A stretch of 64,000 bases of DNA from an uncultured Bacteroidales bacterium (GCA_902800305.1 CADCDP010000009.1:61734-125733); one strand, 5' to 3'; positions 9,793-19,514 are shown, numbered from the stretch's first letter. Translations and numbers: made by a program. Notes: a model not told the origin generated them from the sequence alone.

Positions 9793-10782
9793 TTACGGCA
9801 ATCGCTTCAGCACCACCGTTCTCAACAATATTTCCAGCAACAACACAGCCAAAGCCACGAGGGCAAAAGGCTGGTATAACTCACCTCGGCGACTGAACTG
9901 CTTGACATTGAACTTGGTACGTTCCATCTTGTCGATGTCTTGATAGATGGCATCCAACTCATCATTCTTCTGGGCACGAAAATATTGTCCTCCCGTCTCT
10001 CGCGAAATCTTAGTCATGGTCTGCTCGTCAATCTCGACAGGCAGCATAGCCGTTCCACCCGTCGGGAGGGGATAAGGAGCCATACCATTCCGTCCAATGC
10101 CAATCGTATAGATGCGAATACCATATTTCTTGGCAATCTCAGCAGCCGTCAACGGAGAAATATTACCACTATTGTTCACACCATCCGTCAACAAGATAAT
10201 CACCTTCGACTTCGCCTCACTATCCTTCAGGCGGAGAACAGCATTCATAATACCATCACCAATAGCCGTGCCATCGTCAATAATGCCTCGTGCCGCCATG
10301 TTGCAATCCGCACTATTATAAAGGTTCATCAGTACCACATGGTCTATCGTCAACGGACATTGCGTATATGCTTCACCCGCAAACATCGTCAATCCCATGT
10401 TGTCGTTGGGACGCTTCTCTATAAACCGCTGTGCAATCTCTTTTAACGCCTCCACACGATTGGGCTTAAAATCTTGCGCCAACATAGAAGTGGAGACATC
10501 GACAGCCAACATGATGTCAATACCTTCCACATCCGTATCGCTCCAAGAATGCTTGCTCTGCGGACGTGCTAAGATGCACACCACCAACGAAATAAGCACA
10601 AGGCGCAACAGAAAAGGAAGGTGCATCAAGTATAGGCGAAAAGTCTTTGGAACTCGTACATATTTTGTCGTGTCAGGCACCTTCAACGATGGCAAACTCT
10701 GTTTATATCGGAGCACATACCACACGATGTAGGGCACCAAAGCCAACAACAATAGAAAGAATAAAGGATTCTTAAATTCCAT
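9793..10782 (-). CDS. batA: vWA-domain membrane protein BatA
   Basis: 329 aa. N-terminal TMs, MIDAS AVDVSTSM, ILLTDGVNN and a C-terminal TM. Confidence 0.8.
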   Translation of the reverse strand: MEFKNPLFFLLLLALVPYIVWYVLRYKQSLPSLKVPDTTKYVRVPKTFRLYLMHLPFLLRLVLISLVVCILARPQSKHSWSDTDVEGIDIMLAVDVSTSMLAQDFKPNRVEALKEIAQRFIEKRPNDNMGLTMFAGEAYTQCPLTIDHVVLMNLYNSADCNMAARGIIDDGTAIGDGIMNAVLRLKDSEAKSKVIILLTDGVNNSGNISPLTAAEIAKKYGIRIYTIGIGRNGMAPYPLPTGGTAMLPVEIDEQTMTKISRETGGQYFRAQKNDELDAIYQDIDKMERTKFNVKQFSRRGELYQPFALVALAVLLLEILLRTVVLKRLP

Positions 10783-10783
10783 C

Positions 10784-11875
10784 TTACAACGTCAACATAT
10801 AGATTCTATATCCAATAAATATCAACACACCCAACAACACGATGCTGGCCACCACAATACTGCCAATCAGCACGAACTTAGCCACCTTCGAACGTTTCTC
10901 CTCCACCACAATCACTTCCGGCTGCGGCTTTTGTTCGGGTTCGTCCTGCTTCGTCTGGTTAATATACTCTATGGCATTCACCAGATTGCGGTCATTCTCG
11001 TTGATGAGGGTGCTATACTTCGCAAACTTCACAAGGTCTGCCGTTTGGAAGAGTTCACGCAACTCGGCAATCGCCTCCTCGTCGTTCACTTCCTGCAACC
11101 GCTGGATAATCTCGAACGAAGTCATCTCCATCGCGTTAAAGCCATAACGCTCCTTGATATAATTGCGCAAAGCATCCGTCAGCTGCGTATAATACTCCTT
11201 CGAGTCCTCACTCTGCCAAATCTTCTCCTCCTTGATTTGTTCAATTTTCTGCATGGCCACTTTGTGAGGCGCAAGCCGCTGTTTCGTTCGGATTCGACGG
11301 ATAATCGGCTTATTCGTCCTCAAGCGGTAGATAACGTAAGCCAGCAACGCTGCCAGCAACAACGCCATCACTCCAAACCACATCACCTGTCGCCACTCTG
11401 CCCAATCGAACGGAGGAGCCAATTCTGCCTTGTTTCCAAATATGCTGTCGGCATGGAGGGTGTCTATCTCAAAGGTAAGCACCTTCAACGCCATCTTATC
11501 TTTCGACAAGAAAGACTTACCATCCACCTTCACCTCCACCTGTGGAATCAGATAGAGTGCCGAATCAAAAGAGGTGAAATAGTAACGGCGAGACAACTGA
11601 ACCTGCTTACCATCATTCAGATAGCTCGTATCAGTCTTCTCCGCCCTAACAAACTCCAAACCAGGCACCACCTGCTGCAAGGAATCCCATTCGGGCAATT
11701 CCACCTGCTTCTTCGCATCGGCACTTACTTCAAGCGTCATGCCGATACGCTGACCGATAAAGATGCCAGCAGAGTCTAATTTAGCGTTCACCGTTACTTG
11801 TGCCTTTACTTCCGCAAAAGGCATCAAGCAACAGATTCCCAATATAATATAATACTTCAAAAGCCGCATGGCCAT
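10784..11875 (-). CDS. Membrane protein of the bat operon (DUF4381-like position)
   Basis: 363 aa. Signal peptide, mid-protein TM (VMWFGVMALLLAALLAYVIY) and a C-terminal TM. It lies between the DUF58 and batA genes. No catalytic motif recognised. Confidence 0.55.
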   Translation of the reverse strand: MAMRLLKYYIILGICCLMPFAEVKAQVTVNAKLDSAGIFIGQRIGMTLEVSADAKKQVELPEWDSLQQVVPGLEFVRAEKTDTSYLNDGKQVQLSRRYYFTSFDSALYLIPQVEVKVDGKSFLSKDKMALKVLTFEIDTLHADSIFGNKAELAPPFDWAEWRQVMWFGVMALLLAALLAYVIYRLRTNKPIIRRIRTKQRLAPHKVAMQKIEQIKEEKIWQSEDSKEYYTQLTDALRNYIKERYGFNAMEMTSFEIIQRLQEVNDEEAIAELRELFQTADLVKFAKYSTLINENDRNLVNAIEYINQTKQDEPEQKPQPEVIVVEEKRSKVAKFVLIGSIVVASIVLLGVLIFIGYRIYMLTL

Positions 11876-11934
11876 TCACATTTAGTATTCGTTAAAACGT
11901 CCCATTCATTTCGTTGAACTAAAGGTTCATCACG

Positions 11935-12804
11935 TTAGCTTCTTCGCTTAAACAGGTTCATCAATGCCTTCACATAATCCTCATCGGTACGCACCGAAAT
12001 GTTGTCAATATTGGACTTTGTAAAAGCATTTTTCAACCACGCCTGATGCCCTACCCACCATTCATGATGCGCACGACGAACAGCACCAGAAGACGTGTCG
12101 ATGAAGGTTTCCAAACCAGTTTCTGCATCCAGCATCTTCACGATGCCCACATCGGGCAATTCCATCATGCGGCGGTCGTAAATCTGCAAAGCCACCACAT
12201 CGTGACGACGGTTAGCCACAGTCAACTGACTCGTGTAGTCTTTCGGGTCGAAAAAGTCGCTCAGCAGAAATACTGTACAACGCTTCTTGATGGCGTTCGT
12301 CATAAACTCCACCGCTTGACCCACATCGGTCTTTTGACTATCAGGATGGAAAGTGAGCAGTTCTCTGATGATGAAAAGGATATGCTTTCTTCCCTTCTTC
12401 GGGGGAATGAACTTCTCCACCTTATCAGAGAAGAAGATAACACCAATCTTGTCGTTGTTCTGGATAGCAGAAAAAGCCAACGTTGCTGCAATCTCGGTCA
12501 GCAACTGACGCTTCGACTGCACTTGCGTACCAAAGTCAAGCGAACCGCTGACATCGACCAACAGCATCACCGTCAGCTCACGCTCTTCCTCAAAGACCTT
12601 CACGAAAGGCTTGCCAAAACGAGCCGTGACATTCCAGTCGATGTCGCGCACGTCGTCACCATACTGATACTCGCGCACCTCGCTGAAGGCCATACCCCTA
12701 CCCTTGAAGGCCGAGTGATACTCGCCCGCAAAGATATTGTTCGACAGCCCTTTGGTCTTAATCTCTATTTTCCGGACCTTCTGTAAAAGCTCTTCAGTTT
12801 CCAT
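11935..12804 (-). CDS. DUF58-family protein (vWA-like partner of the MoxR ATPase)
   Basis: 289 aa. SAFKGRGMAFSEVREYQYGDDVRDIDWNVTAR is the characteristic DUF58 signature. Start/stop overlap with the moxR-like gene. Confidence 0.85.
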   Translation of the reverse strand: METEELLQKVRKIEIKTKGLSNNIFAGEYHSAFKGRGMAFSEVREYQYGDDVRDIDWNVTARFGKPFVKVFEEERELTVMLLVDVSGSLDFGTQVQSKRQLLTEIAATLAFSAIQNNDKIGVIFFSDKVEKFIPPKKGRKHILFIIRELLTFHPDSQKTDVGQAVEFMTNAIKKRCTVFLLSDFFDPKDYTSQLTVANRRHDVVALQIYDRRMMELPDVGIVKMLDAETGLETFIDTSSGAVRRAHHEWWVGHQAWLKNAFTKSNIDNISVRTDEDYVKALMNLFKRRS

Positions 12805-13799
12805 TATGGAACCTCTACCTTATTCAAAATCTTACTGATGATTTCTTCGCTGGTCACATTGCTGGCCTCTGCTTCGTAGGTGAGACCAATACGATGACGC
12901 AACACGTCCTGTGCCACGGCTCGCACATCCTCTGGGATGACATAGCCACGATGCTTGATGAAAGCGTAGGAACGGGCAGCAAGAGCCAGATTAATGGAAG
13001 CACGAGGTGAACCACCAAAGCCAATCAGTCCCTTCAAATCTTTCAAGTTATACTTTTCCGGATAACGTGTAGCAAACACAATATCAGCGATGTACTGTTC
13101 TATCTTTTCGTCGAGATAAACCTCACGCACCACCTTACGGGCATCTTCGATTTCGGTCGTTCCCATGATTGGACGAATCTTCTGAGGGTCGCCACCAATG
13201 TTCTGGCGAATAATCTTCTTCTCCTCTTCGAGTTTCGGGTAGTCGATAACCACCTTCAGCATGAAGCGGTCCACTTGTGCCTCTGGCAGTGGATAAGTAC
13301 CTTCCTGCTCGATGGGGTTCTGTGTAGCCAGCACGAGGAAGGGTTTCGGCAATTCAAAGGTAGTCGTTGAAATGGTCACCTGACGCTCCTGCATAGCCTC
13401 TAATAAAGCCGATTGCACCTTGGCTGGCGCACGGTTAATCTCATCGGCCAAGATAAAGTTGGCGAAGATAGGTCCCTTTTTCGACTTAAACTCACCATCT
13501 TTCTGGCTGTAAATCATCGTACCAATCACGTCGGCTGGCAAGAGGTCTGGTGTAAACTGAATACGGCTAAACTGCGCATCAATCAGCGCAGCCAAGGTCT
13601 TGATAGCTTTCGTCTTAGCCAAACCTGGCACACCCTCCAAGAGCACATGCCCATCAGAAAGAAGTCCCAACAACAGGGACTCCACCAAATGCTTTTGACC
13701 GATGATGGCTTGATCCATGCCAGCCATCAGATTGGTCACGAACGCGCTGTGGCGTTCAATTTTTTCGTTCAATTCACGAATGTCAATAGCTTCTGCCAT
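12804..13799 (-). CDS. MoxR-family AAA+ ATPase
   Basis: 331 aa. Walker A GVPGLAKT, Walker B FILADEINRAP, and ATQNPIEQEGTYPLPEAQVDRF typical of MoxR/RavA-type ATPases. Confidence 0.9.
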   Translation of the reverse strand: MAEAIDIRELNEKIERHSAFVTNLMAGMDQAIIGQKHLVESLLLGLLSDGHVLLEGVPGLAKTKAIKTLAALIDAQFSRIQFTPDLLPADVIGTMIYSQKDGEFKSKKGPIFANFILADEINRAPAKVQSALLEAMQERQVTISTTTFELPKPFLVLATQNPIEQEGTYPLPEAQVDRFMLKVVIDYPKLEEEKKIIRQNIGGDPQKIRPIMGTTEIEDARKVVREVYLDEKIEQYIADIVFATRYPEKYNLKDLKGLIGFGGSPRASINLALAARSYAFIKHRGYVIPEDVRAVAQDVLRHRIGLTYEAEASNVTSEEIISKILNKVEVP

Positions 13800-13833
13800 A
13801 TCTGTTTTATAGTTTATATTCTTATTTCGACTA

Positions 13834-13841
13834 CAAAATTA
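13834..13841 (-). promoter_or_regulatory. -7 box TAATTTTG (minus strand) for the moxR-bat operon
   Basis: Plus-strand caaaatta, about 35 nt upstream of the ATG at 13799. Confidence 0.45.
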
Positions 13842-14134
13842 CGACTTTCTCCCCACTTTTTCGCCCTCCCAAATGTGAAAAAACCTTGCATCCCACTCTT
13901 TTTAAGAATAGTTAAAAGTTCACCTGCCTAAAAATGAGTGTTTTCGTTCCATCGTTCAACAAAACACCCCCAAATCATCTTGCTCTTTCGGCACAAACTT
14001 GGAGTCGATTCGCCTCATCTTCCCAATGCTCCAAGCCGAAAAAGCGTCGATGAAGGATGGGAAACCTGTCTGTGTGGAATACCGTATGCCCATCACAATT
14101 CAACGAAGGTAACGAGATTTCGAACTACAGCTAT

Positions 14135-14218
14135 CCTCATAATCGCACCCGTCGGGTACGGTGTGCCGCACCCGACGGGTACGACACGCCGTACCCGACG
14201 GGTGCGACTTTGAGGTAC
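14135..14218. repeat. REP-like palindromic element, copy 1 (three ACCCG-N-CGGGT hairpins inside an outer inverted repeat)
   Basis: cctcataatcgcacccgtcgggtacg...gccgcacccgacgggtacg...gccgtacccgacgggtgcgactttgagg. Closely similar to 46598-46680. Confidence 0.8.
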
Positions 14219-14291
14219 CGAGGTACCTTCCTTGATGATGTACCGCCCTCACAACACTTCGGAGTGAGGACACGCTGAGAGACGCAAGTTT

Positions 14292-15845
14292 TTAAGGCAA
14301 CTTGATGGTTGCCCCTACAGGAACGTTATTGGGGTCGGCAAACTTGTTGGCACGGATAATAGCGTTGACAGAATCCTTTGTACCATAAAAACGTTGAGAA
14401 ATGCGGGTGAGCGACTCGCCTTTCTGCATGATGTAGGTGGCAGGACGCTCTGGCTTCTTTTCTGCCGTTTCCGTCTTCTCCACTGTCTCTGTGTCCGTTT
14501 GCTTTTGTTCCACTTTTACAGAATCCTGCTCTGCAACAGCCGCTTTGTCTTCCTCCTTCACAGACTCTACTTTCTGGACATCCTTTTCTTTTACAGCCTC
14601 AATCGTTTGTATATTTCTTGGCATCCGTTCAACAGATTCTATTGACATAGAAGTTTGATAAAGGAAATAGACGATGACGCCCAATAACAAAATCAATGGA
14701 ATAGCAAACCACGGACTCGATAGAGAAATAAAAGGATAGCCACGACGAGACGAACTGTCATCATCGTCGTCATCATCTTCATCTGGATGCTCCTGCATAT
14801 AACGTTTGAGAGCGGCTTCGCGTCTCTCGGCTATGGACGGTGTAGAGGATGATGCTGGCTGTTCCTCTTCAGCATGAGGCGATGGAGAAGCTGTTTGTTC
14901 CGTTTCTTCCTTGAGAGGTAAAGCCTCCACATTTTCTTCCACCTTTTCGTCATTAGATACTTCAGGCGAAACAGACGTTTCCTCTTCTTCCGTCCCCTCT
15001 TCCGAAGGTTCCTCTTCACTTTCAGGTATCGTATTCGCCTCTAAACGTTCCAACAACTTTTCCAATCGAAGTTTCTCCGAACTGGCTTTACGAGCCTCTT
15101 CGATAGCAGCATCCATTTTCTCTTTGGCTTCTTCGTATTGACGACGCACCTCATCGATGCTCTCAGGAGTGGAAATCAACATATCGATACCACCAAATTC
15201 GTCTTGAGCAGTTTCAACATGTTCGGGAACAGGCACTTGAAGCAGGTCGTCCACTTCCGACTTCTCAGGCACAATTGCAGAAGGAACCTCGGCAAACACG
15301 GCACTCTCAGACAGAACAGTCAAGGGCGTTTCTTCTTCTTTTTGAGGAACTTCCTCTTCCACATCAGGAGTCTCTTCTGGAACAGACACAACAACTTCTT
15401 CTGCAACATTAGCAACAGCTTCTTCCGTAACAGTAGCAACAGCTTCTTCTGCAATAGTAGCAACAGCTTCTTCTGCAACAGTAGCAACAGCCTCTTCCGT
15501 AACGGCAGGTTTTTCTATCTCCACGACCTCCTCAACAACATTTTCCTCCTTAGCATCCTTATTCAAGAAATCAACCACCGCATCCTCTGGCGTGAAAGAG
15601 ACCTTTTTATATCCAGGAATGACGATTCTCTCCCCATTCGTCACATTCACACTTTCGCGACTCTCAACAGACACAAGCTTAAAAACGCCCAATCCCTTCA
15701 CTTTGATGGATTCTTCGCCCATATAGAGAGCCTCAACAATCGTATCGAAGAATGCTTTGGAGAATGTTTCTGCCACTTTCTTCGATACACCAGCCTTCAA
15801 CGTGAGCGCATCGACGATATTCTGAAAAGACAATTTTTCGTTCAT
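14292..15845 (-). CDS. HU-fold DNA-binding domain / acidic repeat linker / TM / LysM fusion protein
   Basis: 517 aa. The N-terminal 90 aa are HU/IHF-like (KVKGLGVFKLVSVESRESVNVTNGERIVIPGYKKVSFTP). A long E/V/A-rich region follows, then a D-run, then a TM (WFAIPLILLLGVIVYFLY). The C-terminus is LysM-like (YIMQKGESLTRISQRFYG...VPVGATIKLP). Confidence 0.75.
   Translation of the reverse strand: MNEKLSFQNIVDALTLKAGVSKKVAETFSKAFFDTIVEALYMGEESIKVKGLGVFKLVSVESRESVNVTNGERIVIPGYKKVSFTPEDAVVDFLNKDAKEENVVEEVVEIEKPAVTEEAVATVAEEAVATIAEEAVATVTEEAVANVAEEVVVSVPEETPDVEEEVPQKEEETPLTVLSESAVFAEVPSAIVPEKSEVDDLLQVPVPEHVETAQDEFGGIDMLISTPESIDEVRRQYEEAKEKMDAAIEEARKASSEKLRLEKLLERLEANTIPESEEEPSEEGTEEEETSVSPEVSNDEKVEENVEALPLKEETEQTASPSPHAEEEQPASSSTPSIAERREAALKRYMQEHPDEDDDDDDDSSSRRGYPFISLSSPWFAIPLILLLGVIVYFLYQTSMSIESVERMPRNIQTIEAVKEKDVQKVESVKEEDKAAVAEQDSVKVEQKQTDTETVEKTETAEKKPERPATYIMQKGESLTRISQRFYGTKDSVNAIIRANKFADPNNVPVGATIKLP
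15395..15509. repeat. In-frame 24-bp tandem repeat (about 4.8 units) encoding (EEAVATVA)n within the HU-LysM gene
   Basis: Units cttcttctgcaacagtagcaacag at 15395, 15419, 15443 and 15467, plus a partial fifth unit. Confidence 0.85.
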
Positions 15846-15849
15846 AAGG

Positions 15850-16128
15850 CTACTCCATGTTTAGTCTCTCCTTTAAGGCTGCACTCATCTTATAGCTAAG
15901 TGTCGTCTTAGGAGGCACGATGATAAATGTCTTCGTTGTCGGATTAAACACCTTCCGACGCGCTTTCTCACGAGGCTCAAACACACCAAATCCTTGAATC
16001 GTAATGCTATCGCCCTCAGCAATATCGCCGAGCACGACCTCGATAAGCGCAGAGGTGAGCATCTTTACATCCTCGGTCTCAAAGTTGGTCTTCAAAGAGA
16101 CTTTGTCTATAAATTCCTTATTATTCAT
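15850..16128 (-). CDS. HU/IHF-family DNA-binding protein
   Basis: 92 aa. ITIQGFGVFEPREKARRKVFNPTTKTFIIVPPKTTLSYK matches the HU beta-arm pattern. Confidence 0.85.
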   Translation of the reverse strand: MNNKEFIDKVSLKTNFETEDVKMLTSALIEVVLGDIAEGDSITIQGFGVFEPREKARRKVFNPTTKTFIIVPPKTTLSYKMSAALKERLNME

Positions 16129-16137
16129 GAGTCATCA

Positions 16138-17445
16138 CTATTTTATTTTCCCATATAAATCGAAATCGTCGGCATCGACTATTTCCACGTCGTAGAAACA
16201 TCCCCGACGCAACTGGCCATCAGCCACAGGAATCAGCACTTCGGGATCCACCTCGGGCGAGTCATATTCGGTACGTCCCACATAGTATTCCCCTTCCTTG
16301 CGGTCGATGATGACCTTGAGCACCTGCCCCACCTTCTGAGCTTGTACTTCTGCCGAAATGCTCTGCTGGATGTCCATCAACTCCGAAAGTCGTTGCTGCT
16401 TCACCTCGTCTAGCACCTCATCCTTATAGTTCAGCTGGGCGGGCGTTCCTTCTTCCTCCGAATAGGCAAAAGCACCCATTCTGTCGAACTTTGCCCAACG
16501 AACAAAGTCTTTCAATTCCTCAAATTCAGCTTCGCCCTCACCTGGGAATCCCACCATTAAGGTGGTACGGAGTGCGATGCCGGGCACTTCCTTCCGAATG
16601 CGTTCTATCAGCGTGTAAGTCTCTTCTTTATTGACGTGACGCTGCATCTGAGTAAGCACTTTTGTACTAATGTGTTGCAGGGCTATGTCAAGATACTTGC
16701 AGACATTCTTCCGTTCACGAATCACACGCAGTAAATCCCAAGGGAAGTTCATCGGATAGGCATAGTGCAGACGAATCCACTTCACGCCTTTCACATCGCT
16801 AATCCGTTCCACCAACTCGCAGATTTTCTGCTCTCCATAAAGGTCTAAACCATAGTAGGTTAATTCCTGTGCAATCACCTGAAACTCCTTCACACCTTCC
16901 CCGACCAGATGCTCTACCTCTGCCACGATGTCCTCGATGGGACGGCTCTGATGACGACCTGTAATGATGGGGATGGCACAATAGGCACAATGCCGGTCGC
17001 AACCCTCCGAGATTTTCAAATAAGCATAATGTTTCGGCGTGGTGAGACGACGTTCATATTGACGTTCCTTCTGATACACCTTGCCGAGGTCATGCAGCAA
17101 TTCTGTCCAATTAAACTTACCATAGAATTTATCCACCTGTGGTATTTCGTGCCCCAACTCCTTCATAAAACGCTGGGAAAGGCATCCCATCACATAAACC
17201 TGCCGAATGCGTCCTTCTTCTTTCGCCTGACACAACTGCAAAATCATGTTGACACTCTCTTCCTGAGCATCAGCAATAAAGCCACAAGTGTTCACCACCG
17301 CTATTTCACCCTGTGGATGGTCGCTATCATGTGTGACATGGTAGCCATTCAGTTCCAACTGACGGATAAGCCGCTCCGAATCAACCAGATTCTTCGAGCA
17401 ACCAAGGGTGATAATATCGATGGTGTTTTTCCTCATACTTTTCAA
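16138..17445 (-). CDS. rimO: Ribosomal protein S12 methylthiotransferase
   Basis: 435 aa. N-terminal UPF0004 domain (LGCSKNLVDSE, NTCGFI), radical-SAM CAYCAIP and a C-terminal TRAM-like domain. Confidence 0.9.
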   Translation of the reverse strand: MKSMRKNTIDIITLGCSKNLVDSERLIRQLELNGYHVTHDSDHPQGEIAVVNTCGFIADAQEESVNMILQLCQAKEEGRIRQVYVMGCLSQRFMKELGHEIPQVDKFYGKFNWTELLHDLGKVYQKERQYERRLTTPKHYAYLKISEGCDRHCAYCAIPIITGRHQSRPIEDIVAEVEHLVGEGVKEFQVIAQELTYYGLDLYGEQKICELVERISDVKGVKWIRLHYAYPMNFPWDLLRVIRERKNVCKYLDIALQHISTKVLTQMQRHVNKEETYTLIERIRKEVPGIALRTTLMVGFPGEGEAEFEELKDFVRWAKFDRMGAFAYSEEEGTPAQLNYKDEVLDEVKQQRLSELMDIQQSISAEVQAQKVGQVLKVIIDRKEGEYYVGRTEYDSPEVDPEVLIPVADGQLRRGCFYDVEIVDADDFDLYGKIK

Positions 17446-17481
17446 TTATTTAGGCTTATAGTCCCTATAAAACCTATAAAA

Positions 17482-18438
17482 TCACTCTCCAAACAAGCTA
17501 TCCACAAAAGCCCTGCGGTTAAACGCCTGCAAATCCTCCATCCCTTCACCAAGACCGATGTAACGAACGGGAATCTTGAACTGGTCACTGATGCCTATGA
17601 CTACCCCACCCTTGGCCGTTCCATCCAACTTTGTGATAGCCATCGAAGTCACTTCCGTCGCCTTCGTAAATTGTTTCGCCTGTTCGAATGCGTTCTGCCC
17701 TGTGGAACCATCCAACACAAGCATCACGTCATCAGCCTCATAACCAGCGGCTTTCTTCACCGCATTCTTTATCTTCGTCAACTCGTTCATCAAGCCCACC
17801 TTGTTGTGCAGACGACCAGCCGTGTCGATAATCACCACATCGGCTTCATTCGCTTTGGCTGAACTCACGGAGTCGTATGCCACACTGGCAGGGTCGCTTC
17901 CCATCTGTTGCTTCACCACAGGAACTCCCACTCGTTCGCCCCAAATACATATCTGTTCGACAGCAGCAGCTCGGAAAGTGTCAGCCGCACCAAGATAAAC
18001 CTTCAATCCTGCTTGTTTGAACTGGTATGCCAACTTTCCGATGGTCGTTGTCTTGCCCACACCATTCACACCCACCACAAGGATGATATAAGGTTTATGG
18101 GCATCAGCAGGGAGTTGGAAACCTTCCGTATCGTCACTATTGTTTTCTGTCAACAACGCAGCTATTTCCTCGCGAAGAATCCTGTTCAATTCATCCGTAC
18201 CGACATACTTATCACGAGCCACACGTTCCTCGATGCGACGAATGATTTCAAGCGTCGTGTCAACCCCCACATCACTCGTGATGAGCACTTCCTCCAAGTT
18301 ATCCAACACATCTTCATCCACTTTCGATTTACCAGCCACAGCACGGGCAATCTTACCAAAAACGCTTTCCTTCGTCTTGGCAAGCCCATTATCGAGTGTT
18401 TCTTTCTTCTTTTTCGTGAATAAATCAAAGAATCCCAT
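17482..18438 (-). CDS. ftsY: Signal recognition particle receptor FtsY
   Basis: 318 aa. GVNGVGKTTTIGKLA, DTAGRLHNK and TKLDGTAKGG GTPase motifs. Confidence 0.95.
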   Translation of the reverse strand: MGFFDLFTKKKKETLDNGLAKTKESVFGKIARAVAGKSKVDEDVLDNLEEVLITSDVGVDTTLEIIRRIEERVARDKYVGTDELNRILREEIAALLTENNSDDTEGFQLPADAHKPYIILVVGVNGVGKTTTIGKLAYQFKQAGLKVYLGAADTFRAAAVEQICIWGERVGVPVVKQQMGSDPASVAYDSVSSAKANEADVVIIDTAGRLHNKVGLMNELTKIKNAVKKAAGYEADDVMLVLDGSTGQNAFEQAKQFTKATEVTSMAITKLDGTAKGGVVIGISDQFKIPVRYIGLGEGMEDLQAFNRRAFVDSLFGE

Positions 18439-18476
18439 ACGTTACATAGTTTTTGATGAATAACAACAATAAAGTA

Positions 18477-18484
18477 CAAAGGTA
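18477..18484 (-). promoter_or_regulatory. -7 box TACCTTTG (minus strand) for ftsY
   Basis: Plus-strand caaaggta, about 40 nt upstream of the ftsY ATG. Confidence 0.5.
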
Positions 18485-18503
18485 ACGTTTTTCGGCGAAA
18501 GCA

Positions 18504-18535
18504 CAAAAAAACCTCCCCAAAAAATGGAGAGGTTT
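18504..18535 (-). terminator. Hairpin followed by a T-run, downstream of the DUF4295/L33/L28 genes
   Basis: The minus strand reads aaacctctcc-attttttg-gggaggttt followed by ttttttt. Confidence 0.55.
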
Positions 18536-18615
18536 CGTGATTTTATACCTTAACCTTGCATTGCCAAATGTTAAATGCACATTTTACATCCCACATTTAA
18601 CGCCGCAAAGTGCTT

Positions 18616-18768
18616 TTACTTCTTCAGATAGTCCTTCACCTGTTCTGCAGGAACCATCTTCTCGTCAAAAGCGTATGCACCAGTCTTTGGAGACTTGAAC
18701 ATCTTGATAACTTTTGTATATGAACGCCCGTCCTTATTTTGGAGGGTTGCCACGGTTTTTTTTGCCAT
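18616..18768 (-). CDS. Small DUF4295-family protein (50 aa), below the ORF-track size cut-off
   Basis: Hand translation gives MAKKTVATLQNKDGRSYTKVIKMFKSPKTGAYAFDEKMVPAEQVKDYLKK. It lies directly downstream of rpmG, as is usual in Bacteroidetes. Confidence 0.7.
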   Translation of the reverse strand: MAKKTVATLQNKDGRSYTKVIKMFKSPKTGAYAFDEKMVPAEQVKDYLKK

Positions 18769-18779
18769 AGTTCTCTGTT

Positions 18780-18968
18780 TTATTTAATTTCCTTATGAAC
18801 TGTCATTCTCTTAAGGATGGGGTTATACTTCTTCAACTCCAAACGGTCGGGAGTGTTCTTGCGGTTCTTTGTAGTGATGTAACGTGATGTTCCAGGAAGA
18901 CCGCTATCCTTCATCTCTGTGCATTCAAGGATTACCTGTACACGATTGCCTTTAGCTTTCTTTGCCAT
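18780..18968 (-). CDS. rpmG: 50S ribosomal protein L33
   Basis: 62 aa: [18 protein letters not shown]...[21 protein letters not shown]. Confidence 0.95.
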   Translation of the reverse strand: MAKKAKGNRVQVILECTEMKDSGLPGTSRYITTKNRKNTPDRLELKKYNPILKRMTVHKEIK

Positions 18969-18992
18969 TGTCTTTTCTCCTTACTTTAATGA

Positions 18993-19253
18993 TTAGCCAA
19001 TAACCTGGATGTCTTTCCACTCGCAGTAGCCCTTTGCCACAGCCTGCTTCAGGGCTGCATCAAGACCAATACGGTTGATGATTCTGAGACCAGCTGCACT
19101 CACCTTGAGCACAATCCAGCAATCCTCCTCTACATAGTAGAATTTCTTGGTGAACAAATTGATGTCGAAACGTCTCTTTGTTCTGCGCATTGAGTGGGAC
19201 ACGTTGTTACCCACCGCAGGCTTCTTGCCTGTAATCTGACAAATTCTTGACAT
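18993..19253 (-). CDS. rpmB: 50S ribosomal protein L28
   Basis: 86 aa: [29 protein letters not shown]. Confidence 0.95.
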   Translation of the reverse strand: MSRICQITGKKPAVGNNVSHSMRRTKRRFDINLFTKKFYYVEEDCWIVLKVSAAGLRIINRIGLDAALKQAVAKGYCEWKDIQVIG

Positions 19254-19514
19254 TTTCTTGTTATTCTTTTGTTAATTTTCAAATCTAATTTTACTTGGAG
19301 AAGTACAGGTTGTCACGAATCCTACGGGCCCGCAATGCCCGTTTTGCGAAATTGGAACGCTCGACCCTTTTTGTTTTTGAAAATTAGGGGTGTTTTCTTC
19401 TTTTGTTGTTGGGATTACATATCCCTTGCCCTGCCACGGGCTATCTGACAAATTCTCTTTTTCTCTTTCGGAACTGTAAGCAAGCTTCCGTCCCTCATTT
19501 CAAAGAGTCTTTTG

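Noticed and set aside
13938-14278. ORFs 13938..14213 and 14057..14278, plus 46186..46683 and 46595..46786
   Set aside because: They run through the REP-like palindromic elements (the TRRVR / PTGATL peptides are palindrome translations). They lie in terminator-type intergenic positions.
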